In this document: one piece after another, positions 39,713 to 52,625 of the stretch
Numbering within the stretch: the stretch's first letter is position 1
Layout: each line of letters begins with the position of its first letter
Origin: Macrostomum lignano
Lineage: Eukaryota
Reading direction: 5' to 3'
Length of the DNA: 64,000 bases
Assembly: GCA_002269645.1 (NCBI GenBank)
Contig: NIVC01000513.1
Span: 310,001-374,000, forward strand
The notes under the pieces: model-generated
What the model saw: the letters and a program-made list of their open reading frames with translations, nothing else
Database searches by the model: none
Told to the model about the DNA's origin: nothing
Translations under genes and position numbers: made by a program

Positions 39713-40786
39713 TTAAAAGAAGAAGGCATCAAACTGAACGTACTTTACATGCGTTCTCGACAGCAACTTAGAAAAACTGTTTAAACTCTTCTGTAGTTCT
39801 TCTGTAGCCTTCTCGACCGCAGTCACGATAGCCTGCTTGGGGTTGTGGTCTTTTCTCAAGTACACGTTGGCATCACGCAGGAAGAAGTGCTTCATGCACA
39901 CGTTATCAGAGTCTGAGCCCTCCATCATCTCTACGAGCAGCTGTAGCGACCGCCGCACGAGTTGCAGCAAGTTCTCCGGCTTCCAGTCTTCTTCCGGCGT
40001 CTCGTCGAGCATTTAGAACAGCAGGTTCTTGGCCATGTACGTCTTCAGACCGCTCACCTTTTTGATGAGGAACTTGAGAATGATGAAGAACTGGCCCTGC
40101 TCGGCTGGTGAGGCTGTGGATGACGGCTCTCTCCAGCAGGGTTGTGCTCACCTCAGGAACTCTCCGTCATGTCCCGGGGGTGACGCTGGGACTGCGTGGC
40201 ATCTGGGCGAGTCGCCGAGTGCCTCGTCTTTGAGTAGCCGGATGATGTGCTGAGGCATCTGGGACGCCTGGCCTCTGCGGTTTGTGAAGCCATCTAGCAG
40301 CAGATCAATGCGGGGGTAGCAGCTGCAGTCGAGGGCGAAAATCAAGTCGAAGGCCGAGACCATGTCCAGGTGTCCGATTTTCGCAGCGCAAAGTTGGGTG
40401 CCGAAACTGAAATAAAAGAGTTCAGTCAACGACAAAAACACTAGACAAGGATCAAGGATCGCAAGTGTCGCAAGGCGTTTCTTGTTGGATCTGCTTTGCT
40501 GACTGAATTTAATGGAAATGTACCCGTAATTCGATAAACTTCTCGCTAATTCGCATGTACAGTTAAATTTAAAATCAACCACATCGCATGCATGTAGGTA
40601 GCTAAAAAAAGATAAAAAGATAAAAATTAACTTTGGAAAGTGCCCATCCTCTTGCACACTGGAGGTTAGACCAGCTGGGTCGCTAGCAACTGGGTTTGGA
40701 AGGTCGATCGTCATTGCCCTGAGATGTAAGTCCAGCCTGCTCAGGTTGCTGCCCCAGCCATCGGAGAAGCTGCCAGTTTTCATTCT
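39713..40786 (-). pseudogene. Mab-21/cGAS-like nucleotidyltransferase (cGLR), disrupted
   Basis: KTGSFSDGWG, SAFDLIFALDCSCYP, CHAVPASPPG...FLR/VSTTLLERAVIHSL/EQGQFFIILKFLIKK..GLKTYMAKNLLF*MLDETPEEDWKPENLLQLVRRSLQLL...KHFFL follow the Mab-21 domain order. Frameshifts at ~40150 and ~40102 and an in-frame TAA at ~40013-40015. Confidence 0.8.
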
Positions 40787-41719
40787 CTAACAGAAACCGA
40801 GCCATGTCACAAAAAGCGGCGGCCATGGCAGCTTGGACTTTAGCGTTCTTGGCGTTGAAACCGGCGCGGTTCATTCTGTGAGAGGGCTCGACGGCGCTGC
40901 AGTTCGTCATGCGCCCGTAACTCTGTTGGAACTGACAATGTGAACAGGGAAAGCGATAGGATTTCATGCAGGGTTCCCAGGGATGCTAGCAAAACAATTT
41001 ATCTTTAGTGCAGCTTGTTTTTCTGAAATGCATTTCTTCAAGTCAGAAGTGCGCAGTAATTGGCGCAGACATTGCTACTGCATGTGTCAGAATGGTGTGG
41101 AATTTGAATCCATTTCCGACCGTTTTTTCCACTCCAAATCAAATGAACGCCAGGGAAGGTCGTGGCAGCAGCTTTCAGCAGCTATTAGTTATGCTTCTTT
41201 AGTGCAAGCTAGCAGGCGTTTGCTGCGAAGTTTTGTTGGGCAGACTAGAGAGCGTTTGTAAGCGGTCGTACTTTTACGGATCTGTTGATTCGTCGATTGA
41301 GCAGAAGTCACTTTAATGCAATCATCCCAATACTACAAATATGCACCATAACTTGATTACATACCTGCCCTAATGGTAGAGGTGCAACCGCGACAGCTCA
41401 GCCGCAGCTTTTGCGCGGCGCATCTGAATTCTGAAGGCTGCATACGCTGGCTGTTCAGTCTAAGGACCGGGGGGGGGGGGGCTAATATCTTTCAAGGCTT
41501 TAAAGCTAATGTGTTGCCCTAAGACTCACCCCGCGGCCTCTCCAAAATCCTGCTATCTTTGTGATGCAGCCCAAGCTTGTTCTACAAAAATGGGGGATCC
41601 TAACTTCAGATGGGGCCCCGAGGCTAAGTATACCCGCCACATTATTTCAGCGGCAGAGCCCGCAGTTAGGGCTGGGCGCTTAGCACTGCTATGGCTGGGC
41701 ACCCTCGCTTGACAACAAC

Positions 41720-41882
41720 AGGGGCGCCAGCACCAGGGGCGCCAGCACCAGGGGCGCCAGCACCAGGGGCGCCAGCACCAGGGGCGCCAGCACCAGGGAC
41801 GCCAGCACCAGGGGCGCCAGCACCAGGGACGCCAGCACCAGGGGCGCCAGCACCAGGGGCGCCAGCACCAGGGATGCCAGCA
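41720..41882. repeat. 15-bp GC-rich minisatellite (ggggcgccagcacca)
   Basis: Tandem copies. Confidence 0.93.
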
Positions 41883-42649
41883 CATATATTTTTGAGTCTA
41901 TATTCATAGCAGTCAGAAATGAACTGTTAGAATCCGAAATGCAAGGCAGTTTCACTAGTAATTAATGATTGGATGCAATAGTTAATTAGGTTGATAAAGG
42001 TATAGGAAAGCTGTAAAAAGGTGATTCACAGCGAATTCAATTGGGATTTAAATAGCCCAATAACTATCAGTTAAAGGCAGAGTTTTTAATAAACTTAAAA
42101 CAAATTAGTTATTATATTTTATTTAAACGGGAGGGTTAAATTTAGATTCAAATTGTTGAAATCGATCTAGAAATTTTTATGTTTAAAAGCGCCAGTCATA
42201 TTAACTTGTTAAAACGACACTTTTGACAAAAAACGCTCAAGCGCTTCCATCATACGTGAAATTACTACTTTTGATAGTAATCAGTAAAGGTCGCAAAATA
42301 CGTGTGTTCCAGCAAGTCGTGTAGACCAGAGGCTCCAGAGCTCTCAGGAATTCTGGCTTGCTACAGAGTTCTCAGTGCAGACGTCATCTGCAGCGCTCAG
42401 CAATCCAACTGATGCCCTCACGTGGACTCCGTGGAGCTGCCGGCTCGAGCAGCAGCTAGGCATCGAAGGGAGGCAGTTGACCTTTGTGTCCGAGGCAAGG
42501 ACCTTTAGGAACACTGCGTTAACAGAATCTTACAAGATCACACGAGTTCATGTTTTGCGTTGGCTTTGGTGTTTTCCAGTTCTGTACTTTTAAACCAGAA
42601 CTAGAAACCAGATATAGAAAAGAGTGCATGTATGATCTGTATGTATGAT

Positions 42650-43369
42650 CAGGGGCGTCGCTATGGATTTTATGGTGGGACAAGGCCAGGAATCCAACAT
42701 GTAATTGTACATGTACATGACTAAATTTTGGCACTCATTTTTACGCCACAGGCACTCATTTTAGCGCCACAGGCATTCGTTTTAGCGCCGCAGGCACTCA
42801 TTTTAGCGCCACCAGGCACTCGTTTTAGCGCCACAGGCACTCATTTTAGCGCCACAGGCATTCGTTTTAGCGCCGCATGCACTCATTTTAGCGCCACAGG
42901 CACTCGTTTTAGCGCCACAGGCACTCATTTTAGCGCCACAGGCATTCGTTTTAGCGCCGCAGGCACTCATTTTAGCGCCACAGGCATTCGTTTTAGCGCC
43001 GCAGGCACTCATTTTAGCGCCACAGGCATTCGTTTTAGCGCCGCAGACACTCATTTTAGCGCCACAGGCACTCATTTTAGCGCCACAGGCACTCATTTTA
43101 GCGCCGCAGGCACTCATTTTAGCGCCGCAGGCACTCATTTTAGCGCCACAGGCACTCATTTTAGCGCCACAGGCACTCATTTTAGCGCCACAGGCACTCA
43201 TTTTAGCGCCACAGGCACTCATTTTACGCCACAGGCACTCATTTTAGCGCCACAGGCACTCATTTTATCGCCCTGAAGAAAAATTACAGACTACCACAAC
43301 GACTCACAAGGTTGGGGTGGGGGGACAAAGCATTGGCATGCCCCCCCCCCGGTGGCGACGCGCCTGCAG
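42650..43369. mobile_element. Non-autonomous DNA transposon (hAT-like MITE) carrying a 21-bp minisatellite (ggcactcattttagcgccaca)
   Basis: Imperfect TIRs CAGGGGCGTCGCTA / TGGCGACGCGCCTG, flanked by identical 8-mers TGTATGAT at 42642-42649 and 43370-43377. The array spans ~42735-43265. Confidence 0.7.
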
Positions 43370-43699
43370 TGTATGATCTTCAGGCTTAGATATATTTTCA
43401 GCAACCTAAATCACTGGTAATTAAACTACCAGCGTATTGCGCGTAAAGATTTTCGGCTACTTTTTTGCTACCCAAACTTTCCAGGACTAACACGTACAAA
43501 AACGTACAAAAATTTTACATGTCGAGCAGCTAGTAGTGGGCTGCTGGGGACACGCTCACCACTTATACTACTGCAAGTAAGACGATCTATCAGTACCGCT
43601 GAGATTGTTCAGACGGTTCACTTCCGGAACAATGGTGGAATTCCAATGCAATAGATACGCGCATTAAAGCAATTATATCTATCTTTGTCTCGAACCTCT

Positions 43700-43870
43700 C
43701 GAGTCTCGATCCCACTGCAAAACAATATTTTGTCCTTGAGCAAGACACTTAACTCTGCGTTGCTTCAGTTCACCCAACTTTAAAATGGGTGCCAGCATTA
43801 GCTGGGGTAATTGAGGGTGTGGGTGGCGACCCCCCAGTCCTTGGACTGAACAGCCCTCCCAGCCTTCAGA
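43700..43870 (+). mobile_element. tRNA-derived CORE-SINE-like element
   Basis: A degenerate B box (gtctcgatccc) is followed by gtccttgagcaagacacttaactct...cttcagtt...aaaatggg. This resembles the MIR/CORE domain (ccttgggcaagtcacttaacctct...cctcagttt...aaaatggg). Confidence 0.65.
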
Positions 43871-44917
43871 TGCGCCGCGCAATAGCTGTCGCATCTTAGG
43901 GCAGGTGTAATCAATTATTATTTATTATAGATCATGCTCTCAATATTCCTAACAACCAGCCGGCTTTAATATGCGATGTGACGAGTCAGAAGTGTGTCAA
44001 GCTATCTAATAACTTTTCATAATACTGGGTTGCTCACACAAATTGAAATTTGAAAACAACAAATGCATCTTTAACAAAACACCATTTGAAGCAGGTTTTA
44101 ATAGCATCTCCCCGCCAACAATTAAGGGTCAGTTTGTCAATATATATTTAACATTGGTGACAAATATTAATAATAGAATAGAATAGATGTCTTTTCTACT
44201 GACGAGCGAGCAGATTCTGACATAAACAACCAATTAATTCCAAAAATAGAATACACTTATGCCTGCCAAACATTTGAAACATAAATATTCAAATTGGTTG
44301 TTTTCAAAAAGTTTCAAAACCCCGCTGGATAGGTAATAACAATAAATAAAAGTGAATAATAGTGATAGACACAGTAAGTATTAGGCTAAGTTAATATGAA
44401 TGAGTGCCACACTGTTGCTAAGCAGTTTTTCCCAAGAGCAACCTCTATTCCATCTTCAATGCTAGATTAGAAAGTTTGCACAAAATCAATCTCGTGAATA
44501 TTATATTGGACACAAAAAACACAATTAAGATCACTAATGTTATTTTCTATGACATCGAACTGCACCAACTTTCTTATCCAGCATTGATGATGATATACTG
44601 GTTTGGCTACTTTTTCAAACAGAAGTTCATTTCCTAAACGAATTTGAAACTTAAAGACAAAAACTTTACAAGCTGGAGTAAAATATAGAGAGCTTTTAGC
44701 GTCAAAACACTTCAACTGAAAACAACACACAGAGCAAAGCGGTTCTCACAAGTCTTGCAGGAAAACATTTTAAAGTATCAATATAGCATTTGTACTTTTG
44801 ACAACTGACCCCCAGGTTCACCAAGTGATGAGACTTCAAAACCCTTCATTAGATTTGACGATTCAACTCGAACCAAAAGCCGCAGCTCCGGAATCATAAA
44901 GCCTGTAAGCAGATCAT

Positions 44918-47900
44918 TCAGAAACCGTGCACTTTAATTTTCTCTTTGTCGGCAATTTTGTTGCGAATGAGCCAATCGGCAATCCTTTCTCTCTGATCGC
45001 CCTGCATCTGAATCACTTCTCCATATTCTTCTCTGCTGACAACGGTGCCATTACACGCAAATTCTTTCTTACAATACTTCAAGATCTTTCTTTTATCATA
45101 TTTCTCGTCAATGCCTTGCACAGTGGTCAGGGTCTTTTTGCCATTCCTCTGTTGGATCCGGATATGAATGTCGCTCTCGTTTGAGGCGTTGCCCTCGTCC
45201 GCAAATGGGTCTAAAAAGGTGTAGAGAAAGTTATAGTTCAGTTTTTTATTGTTCCAGGAATTGATGAAAGCCCTAGCATTCTTTCATTCACACCTGACTG
45301 TCTTTTCAAAGTTTAAGCATTAATATCAATAAGAATAACAGGGTTATAACAATGTTAAAAATATAATTGACAGAACATATGGGTCATATAAATTGATGCT
45401 ACTAATAGGATAAAGCAAAGCATAAAGAATGCTTAATTTGTCACTTAGACTACTTACAATGACTATGTTTTAGGGAATTTCACAAACAAACTATGACCTA
45501 ATAAGATAAAGTTAAATGTAACTTGTAGATTTACACATGTACACGTTGTCTTTTAGTTCATTTTTTGTCTAGAGGTATACCAGATACTTGTTCCATATTT
45601 CAAGTATTTTTCTTCCTTGAGATTCAAATTTTGATTGAATAAAAATTGGATTACAGATATTAGATTAACCTAACTTACTTACTTGCAAAGATTTGAATTA
45701 CAGTTGTCAATTAAACTAATTTTTAATATAGACCTAGCATAAAAGTCTTATGAATCATCACTATGGATTATCTATATATAAGAATAATAAAATAGAAGAA
45801 TGAAGTAGTGTTCTGCCATAAGGGGGTCCATGTGCCATAGCCATAGCTATAAGCAAAACTATAGCTTATTTCAATTTCCTGTATTCTATAGCTGCTATAG
45901 GGACCCTAAAAATATAAATACAAAAAATATTTTGAATCAAGACAACCTAGTGCTTAAACAACTGCAAATTCAGGTAGAAAAAAACAAACACTTGATTGCC
46001 TTTGAAAGATTATAATATTTTATCTTTTTTACAAAGAGTAACAATACTTAATCACTACTGAAAGTACTAACGTTGAACTTTTCAGTGTTAAAAGTTAGAG
46101 TTTGCTAGTGTTTTATTGTACTATATTAAGTATAATCTATAAGTTTTTAAGTCTATAATAAAGTTTACTAAAGTAATTTTTGTTTACTCTACCTGTTCCA
46201 ATTATTTATTATTTTTAAATTAGTAATTACAGCTACAAGAATCTATGGAATGTGACAACAACTACTATATTTCTGTTGTCATAGCCATAAGAGTAGCTAT
46301 CTACTGTAGACATATCCATAATTGCCATAGGCACCTATTTTACCATATTTGCCATAAGATCCCGTAACTGTAGCTGTAAGTATGGCGGAACACTAGAAGG
46401 TCAAGAAGGAAGGATAAAGGCATTTAGGACATTTTAGAAAAGACTAATTGGGATAGAAGTCATTATTTAAACATAGGGATTTAATTATCTTGTAATATTC
46501 TTATTCTTATTCCATTTCTTATTTTTAATTAAGCCTAAATCCTAAATTATCTTAAAATTAAGTCAAGTTTTGCTTAGTTTTAAGTTTTTTAATGTAGGAT
46601 TTAATAAAGTTTCCAATAAATATAATAATGACAAGAATAAGCCTATACCTACTATTAGCCATATCAAGACTTAAAAAGCAATAAAACCTAAGGTCTAAAT
46701 TATATAGTAGGTATACTATATAGGAACAAGAATTCTATTATAATATATATTAAACTTTATACCAGTATATACAAAAATAGAAAAATTCCTTTGAATGTAT
46801 ACTAAAATTTGTTCTTATAAAATGTCATTTTTTTCAAGCTAAGTTTCTTAAGAAAAGTAAGCCTAATATGAATATATTTTTGGCAATGACTATTTGTCCA
46901 GTATCAGATGAATAACGTAACTATTATTTGTTTGGTACCAGATAAATAAAAGTGAAGTTATTTGTCCAGTACCAGCTGAGCTGCATGAATTTATATTCCA
47001 CTCTGCATATCTTTTCTAACAAGGTATACTAGTGTAATGTTAGAGTATCTTCCTGATGATCAGTTAGTACTAAGTTTGAATCTGTAGTGATGACTCCACT
47101 TTTTTATTGTTACAACTCCAAGTGTTATTATAATAACTTTAAGTCCTTACTTTGGTGTTTGTATTATACAGCAGTAAATGTTGTTATTAATTTTGATTGT
47201 ACTATGACTACTATTTACTATGAAACCACAATATAACAATATATATAGAACAAAATATAATGAAGTAAAATTATATAAAACTTTTGATATTTTGCCTTTG
47301 GCCTTTGGGGGTTTTGCCAATTGTGATCTGATCTGAGAAATAGCACTATCTAATCGTAACAAATATTTTCCACTACTAGCCTAAAAGTGAACTATATACT
47401 ACTTTTTTGAGTAGGGCCTATTTCCTATATTTTACAAGTTTTTATTATATATCCAATAATCCATGTCCATATTGTGCCAGACGAATAACTTCACTTTTAT
47501 TTATCCAGTACCGGACAAATAATCACTGTGATTTATTTTAAACAAAAAAGATATTATACCAAAATCGGTACAAGTTTACATGTTAAATTATATACCAACT
47601 TTGAAAGAACTCATCTGTATATTAGAAATTTTTGGCCTTCCAGAGTCTGGAATAAAACATATTAGGCAAAAGACAGCTAATGATAATATAATAGGGCCTA
47701 GGCCTAGTGTAATGGGCTATAAAGAAGTGCATGCTATCATGCTTAATTTTTTCCCCCAAAAAATAAATGCCAAAATGCATTTATTGTGATGGAAGACACA
47801 TTTAACAACATAAAATTGTTCAGTTTATTTATAATTATTTAGTTTTAGATTGACTTTTAAATTATATCTGTGAAGTTGTTACAAACCTTATCTTAGTAAG

Positions 47901-48142
47901 TTTCAACTGATTGTCCCTGATCATTGCTTGCAATGACTAAATGGCCACAAGAAATACTTTTAAAACAATTTTTGCAGTCAAATTGTCAATAATGTAATTT
48001 CTCCTATCACTAGGCTTAAGCTCACACAGCCCAATTGAATTGACACTTTTTGTTTTGGCAAGTACAAAAATAGAAATAGTAAAATAATCAAAATAACCAA
48101 AAGTCAAAGCTTACCATATCGCTGAAGATTTTGGATTGACAT
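44918..48142 (-). CDS. EIF1: Eukaryotic translation initiation factor 1 (SUI1), 106 aa, 2 coding exons
   Basis: Exon 48142-48115 (MSIQNLQRY, then G|gtaagc) and exon 45210-44918 (DPFADE...IHIRIQQRNGKKTLTTVQG...KKEFACNGTV...EYGEVIQMQGDQR...IKVHGF*). Confidence 0.97.
46925..47522. mobile_element. Old MITE-like inverted repeat in the eIF1 intron
   Basis: gataaataaaagtgaagttatt at ~46937 has its reverse complement aataacttcacttttatttatc at ~47485. Confidence 0.5.
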
Positions 48143-48274
48143 CTTTAGTTATCTAGTTCCTTTGTGATGAAAAAACTCTTAGGTTAAAGTGGTTGAACTA
48201 AAAATAAAATATTGTTATTGAGGTGGGGCGGAGAAAGTGTTCTTGGAAATTAGTTGATTTTTGAAATTTGCTGA

Positions 48275-50846
48275 ACGCATTTGTTTCCCGATCGATATTC
48301 AGATTGATTTTCGAAAATTAACAAAATCTCTGCTCTGCGAAAATAGTTTAGAACGCCGTTTGACAGGAAAAAAAGTGCAACTTAGAACATTGCAAAAATA
48401 AAGTTTCAGCTCGATATCCGTCCCTCTGACTCTAAATGGTACCGATTTTCGATGTGCTCCCATTTAAAATACACGTGATTTTATAAGGCAGATCGATCAT
48501 ATTCGAGTTCGCTCACTTTGGCTTGACCATTCAACATGAAATTTTACACACTAAAAAGTGCAACTCGGAAACCCATAAATATACTGTTTCAGCTCGATCC
48601 GTCCCTCTGACTCTAAATGGCACCGATTTTCGATGTGCTCCCATATTTAAAATACATCATGTGATTTTATAGGGCAGATCGATATTCGAGTTCGCTCACT
48701 TTGGCTTGACCATTCAACATGAAATTTTACACACTAAAAAGTGCAACTCGGAAACCCATAAATATACTGTTTCAGCTCGATCCGTCCCTCTGACTCTAAA
48801 TGGCACCGATTTTCGATATGCTCCCATTTAAAATACATGTGATTTTATAAGGCAGATCGATATTCGAGTTTGCTCACTTTGGCTTGACCATTCAACATGA
48901 AATTTTATCTGTTCGAGCTGCCAAAACTTATTTTCGATCTAACGAACGAAGCAACTGCAAATTACGTAGTGAATTTAAACAGCGCTTTTTTAATTTTACG
49001 AGTACATCTAGACTGTTTCTTAAAGCATACTAGGTAATCGTATATTAGGAATTACGAATCGTGCATCTCATCGTTCGTGCAATCGCACAATTTTTATTGT
49101 TATAATTTTCCTTTACAAACTCTCATACTCCATCAGCCAGGTGCGGATCCAAGAATTTCTTGAGTGGGGCCTAATGCAATGCTAGATCACCGAGGGCCTT
49201 GGGGCCGGATTGGAAGGGTCGGATCTGACCCTGGGGCCGAGGGCTGTTGACCCCCTGCTATAAGTCTTTATTTATAAGTAAGTTAATTCTCATATAGCTT
49301 CAAGTCCTAAACAACGTTGTTGCCTTCATGCGTAAAATTTATGAGAAAGAAATAACGTTTCTTATTAAAATAGAACAAAACTTCTGGAATGAACGTTTTC
49401 AACCTCGTTCTGATCCCCAGATTTGTGGGTTTTTTTCTGTTTTCGGTGATTTATGGCCGTCTAGCTGTCACTTTTGGCTCCAGCCTGTCTGGGTCAAAGA
49501 TGTCTTTCCAGCTTTCTCCCCACTCGCTCTGTTGCTTTCTCCTTGGATTTATGGGCGTTTTGCTGTCACTTTTGGCGCCAGGATGTCTGGACAAGTGACT
49601 TTTATTATGTTTTGCTTATGATTTATGACCGCACCTGTCAACTTCCCTGGGGTCTAAAGGCCACCTGGTGGGGTGGGTTTTGGGGTCTTGAGCTCAGCCA
49701 ATCAGAGTCGACCTGACTGCCCCAGGCTCGACCAATCAGAAAATTCGGCGCCTATTTTACCAAAAGCTCTCAGCCAATCGGAAAATTCGGCGTGCGTTAT
49801 AACAAATCGGCCGCGTGAGATCGCTATAAAAGGCGGCGACTCGACCCGCGCTCGAGTAACCCGCCTCCTCCGGAACCCCTGCGCCCTGCTGCTTCCTCTT
49901 CTGGTCCTGCCGACCTGATCCCCCTTTCCCCGGCAGTTTCGGCTTCAACAGCTAAGTTCCCCCTGAGAAGCATCATCAATATCTCCTGGCAGTGATCTAA
50001 GAGCAGCAACGACTATCGGCAAGCGAAGAGCAGCGGCGGCAATCGTCAGTCAAGATCAGCAACAGCATCCCATCTGAGCGCTTCGGTCTCTGTGGATTCC
50101 TTGGCGACCGGCAGATAGGTCCTCTGATTGGTTTGGTTTTAGACAGCTAAAAGACACTATGATGGCAGGTAAGTGCAGTGCCCCTCTAGTCGGAAGTCCG
50201 ATTCCGATAGCTCCGGTTTGGTGAGCCAGGGCGCACGGACTGGTGGCAGCGAGTTAGTTAATCCGTGGGTTAGCTAATTTCTACCTTTCAAATTCTCCCT
50301 GCTTGTCTCTCGCTGTCTTCTCCTAGCTATAGGACCTTGCTGCTCGCCCACAATCTAGCCACCATGGGGCTGACCATCTGACAGGAGTGAGAGGCCAGAG
50401 CTCTTAGTGATTCATTTCTGAGTTCTGAGGCCCGAAGCTACAGGCTTAAAAAGGCCGAACCCATCAGGAGCATATCGAAAATCGGTGCCATTTCGAGCCA
50501 GAGTGACAGATCGAGCTGAAGCTGCATATTTATCGGTTTCTTAGTTGCACTTTTTAGTGTGTAAAATTTCATGTCGAACGGTCAAGCCAAATTGAGCGAA
50601 CTCGAATATGATCGATCTGCCTTATAAAATCACATGCATTTTAAATGGGAGCACATCGAAAATCGGTGCCATTTAGAGTCAGAGGGACGGATCGAGCTGA
50701 AACTTTATTTTTGCAATGTTCTAAGTTGCACTTTTTTTCCTGTCAAACGGCGTTCTAAAATATTTTTGCAGAGCAGAGATTTTAATTGTAAATTAATTGT
50801 TAATTTTCGAATATCAATCTGAATATCGATCGGGAAACAAATGCGT
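48275..50846. mobile_element. 2.57-kb Mutator-like/foldback element with long TIRs
   Basis: The left arm starting acgcatttgtttcccgatcgatattcag is inverted at 50470-50846. The left arm has extra ~185-bp tandem subunits to ~48905. Flanks are ATTTGCTGA (48266-48274) and ATTTGATGA (50847-50855), an 8/9 match to a 9-bp TSD. No transposase ORF was found inside. Confidence 0.82.
49698..49832 (+). promoter_or_regulatory. Pol II-type promoter module inside the Mutator-like element
   Basis: CCAAT boxes at 49698, 49732 and 49774, then TATAAAAG at 49825. Downstream is a GC-rich leader and an ATGATGGCAG|GTAAGT donor at 50159-50174. Confidence 0.6.
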
Positions 50847-51821
50847 ATTTGATGACACCAGTGAGGTGGGGCGGATTCCACGTTTGAATAGCCGCCGACG
50901 TTGAGTTCGCACGAATAAAGCCGGAAATCGCGCAGACGAATCACAACGAATTATTTCCTCCTGTTTTACTCCGACTGCCGGGTTCTCAGTCCGGGGGGAG
51001 GGTAGTCGTAATCGTAGCCGAGCGGTCGTAAGCGGCACGGTCGTTCAGACTTTAGACTCAATGGTCTAGACACCGTAAATCTGTTTCTGAGTTGTTGAGC
51101 TGATTACTATCAGTAGAGTAGCGCTGCCACCACCGTAATTGCGTATTACGGAACGTTGAGATCTCAGAGCTCGTTCGGAGATGAGATTAATTGGTTGTTT
51201 AACGCCCCACGGGCAAATAACTCAAGATAAACTGTTATGAGCTTTGATAATTGAACAACTTATTTATTGGCTTAATTGTTACTTATTACTATTATTATTA
51301 TTGCAGGCGTTGAATATTAAAAGATGGTAATAGTTTTGACGAGAGAGCCTCGGCCGGTGCCGGGTGCGGACAACTAACTATTTGGGCTAAAAAACTGTTG
51401 AACTGAAACTTTATGAGCTCTTATGCCACTCGAGCACACAGAAAACGGAACACAAGAGACCGACTAAACACGAAGACAATAGAGAGAGCAACGCAGCGGA
51501 AAGGAGAGCGAGCAAAAGAAGAAAACAAGCAAAAAGGCGGCCCAAAAGGCCTTATAAATAAGGGAGCAAAGTCGACCGGACAGGGGGATGGGGCAACAGA
51601 TGGGGCAGGAAGGCGAGGGATGGGGCAAGAAATGGGGCAAACGATGGGGCAACGGACGATGCGATAAAACCGGGAACGGAGAAAAACAAAAACTTAGCGC
51701 AACAGCAAAAGATGGGGCGAGGGATGGGGCATGGGACGGCGCACCGGGTGACACACAAAACACAAAGAGTCATAGCAGTGATGTCACCAGTCCTTGAATC
51801 GTGGTAGTGCGCCCTACGCAC

Positions 51822-52625
51822 GGGTCGCCATCACAAGCTCGAAAAATCACATCGTCGAAACAGGGCTCCATCACAAGCTCGAAAACTCATAAGCTCGAAA
51901 AATCGCATCGTCGAAAACTGATTTAGCAGCCCCCATCACAAGCTCGAAAAGTCATAAGCTCGAAAAATCATATCGTCGAAAAGTTTAGCAACCACCATCA
52001 CAAGCTCGAAAACTCACAAGCTCGAAAAATCACATCGTCGAAAACTGATTTAGCAGCCACCATCACAAGCTCGAAAAGTCATAAGCTCGAAAAACCATAT
52101 CGTCGAAAAGTTTAGCAATCACCATCACAAGCTCGAAAAGGCACAAGCTCTAACCCTAACCCTAACCCCAAGGCACTAACCCTAACCCTAAGGCACCAGT
52201 ACCCTAGCCTAACCCTGAACCATAACTCTAACCCCAACCCTGACCTAACCCTAAACCCTAACTTAAAGGCACTAGTTCTAACCCCGACCCTAACCCTAAG
52301 CCCTAACCCTAAGGCACAAGCTCTAACCCTAACCCTATTCAAGCTTGTGATGGTGGTTGCTAACCTTTTCGACGATGTGACTTTTCGAGCTTATGATGGT
52401 GGTTGCTAGAATTTTCGATTTTTCGAAAAAAATGATTTTTCGAGCTTATGACTTTTCGAGCTTGTGATGGTGGCTGCTAAATCAGTTTTCGACGATGTGA
52501 TTTTTCGAGCTTGTGATGGTGGTTGCTAAACTTTTCGACGATATGATTTTTCGAGCTTATGACTTTTCGAGCTTGTGATGGTGGATGCTTTTCGACGATG
52601 TGATTTTTCGAGCTTGTAATGGGCC
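51822..52625. mobile_element. Foldback element with tandem-repeat arms and central degenerate telomeric (CCCTAA)n repeats
   Basis: Left arm units catcacaagctcgaaaa...catcgtcgaaaa; right arm is their reverse complement; centre 52150-52338 is rich in ctaaccctaaccc. Confidence 0.82.

Noticed and set aside
52150-52338. Ancient chromosome end-to-end fusion site
   Set aside because: The telomeric repeats are in one orientation only, not head-to-head, and are enclosed by TIR-like arms.
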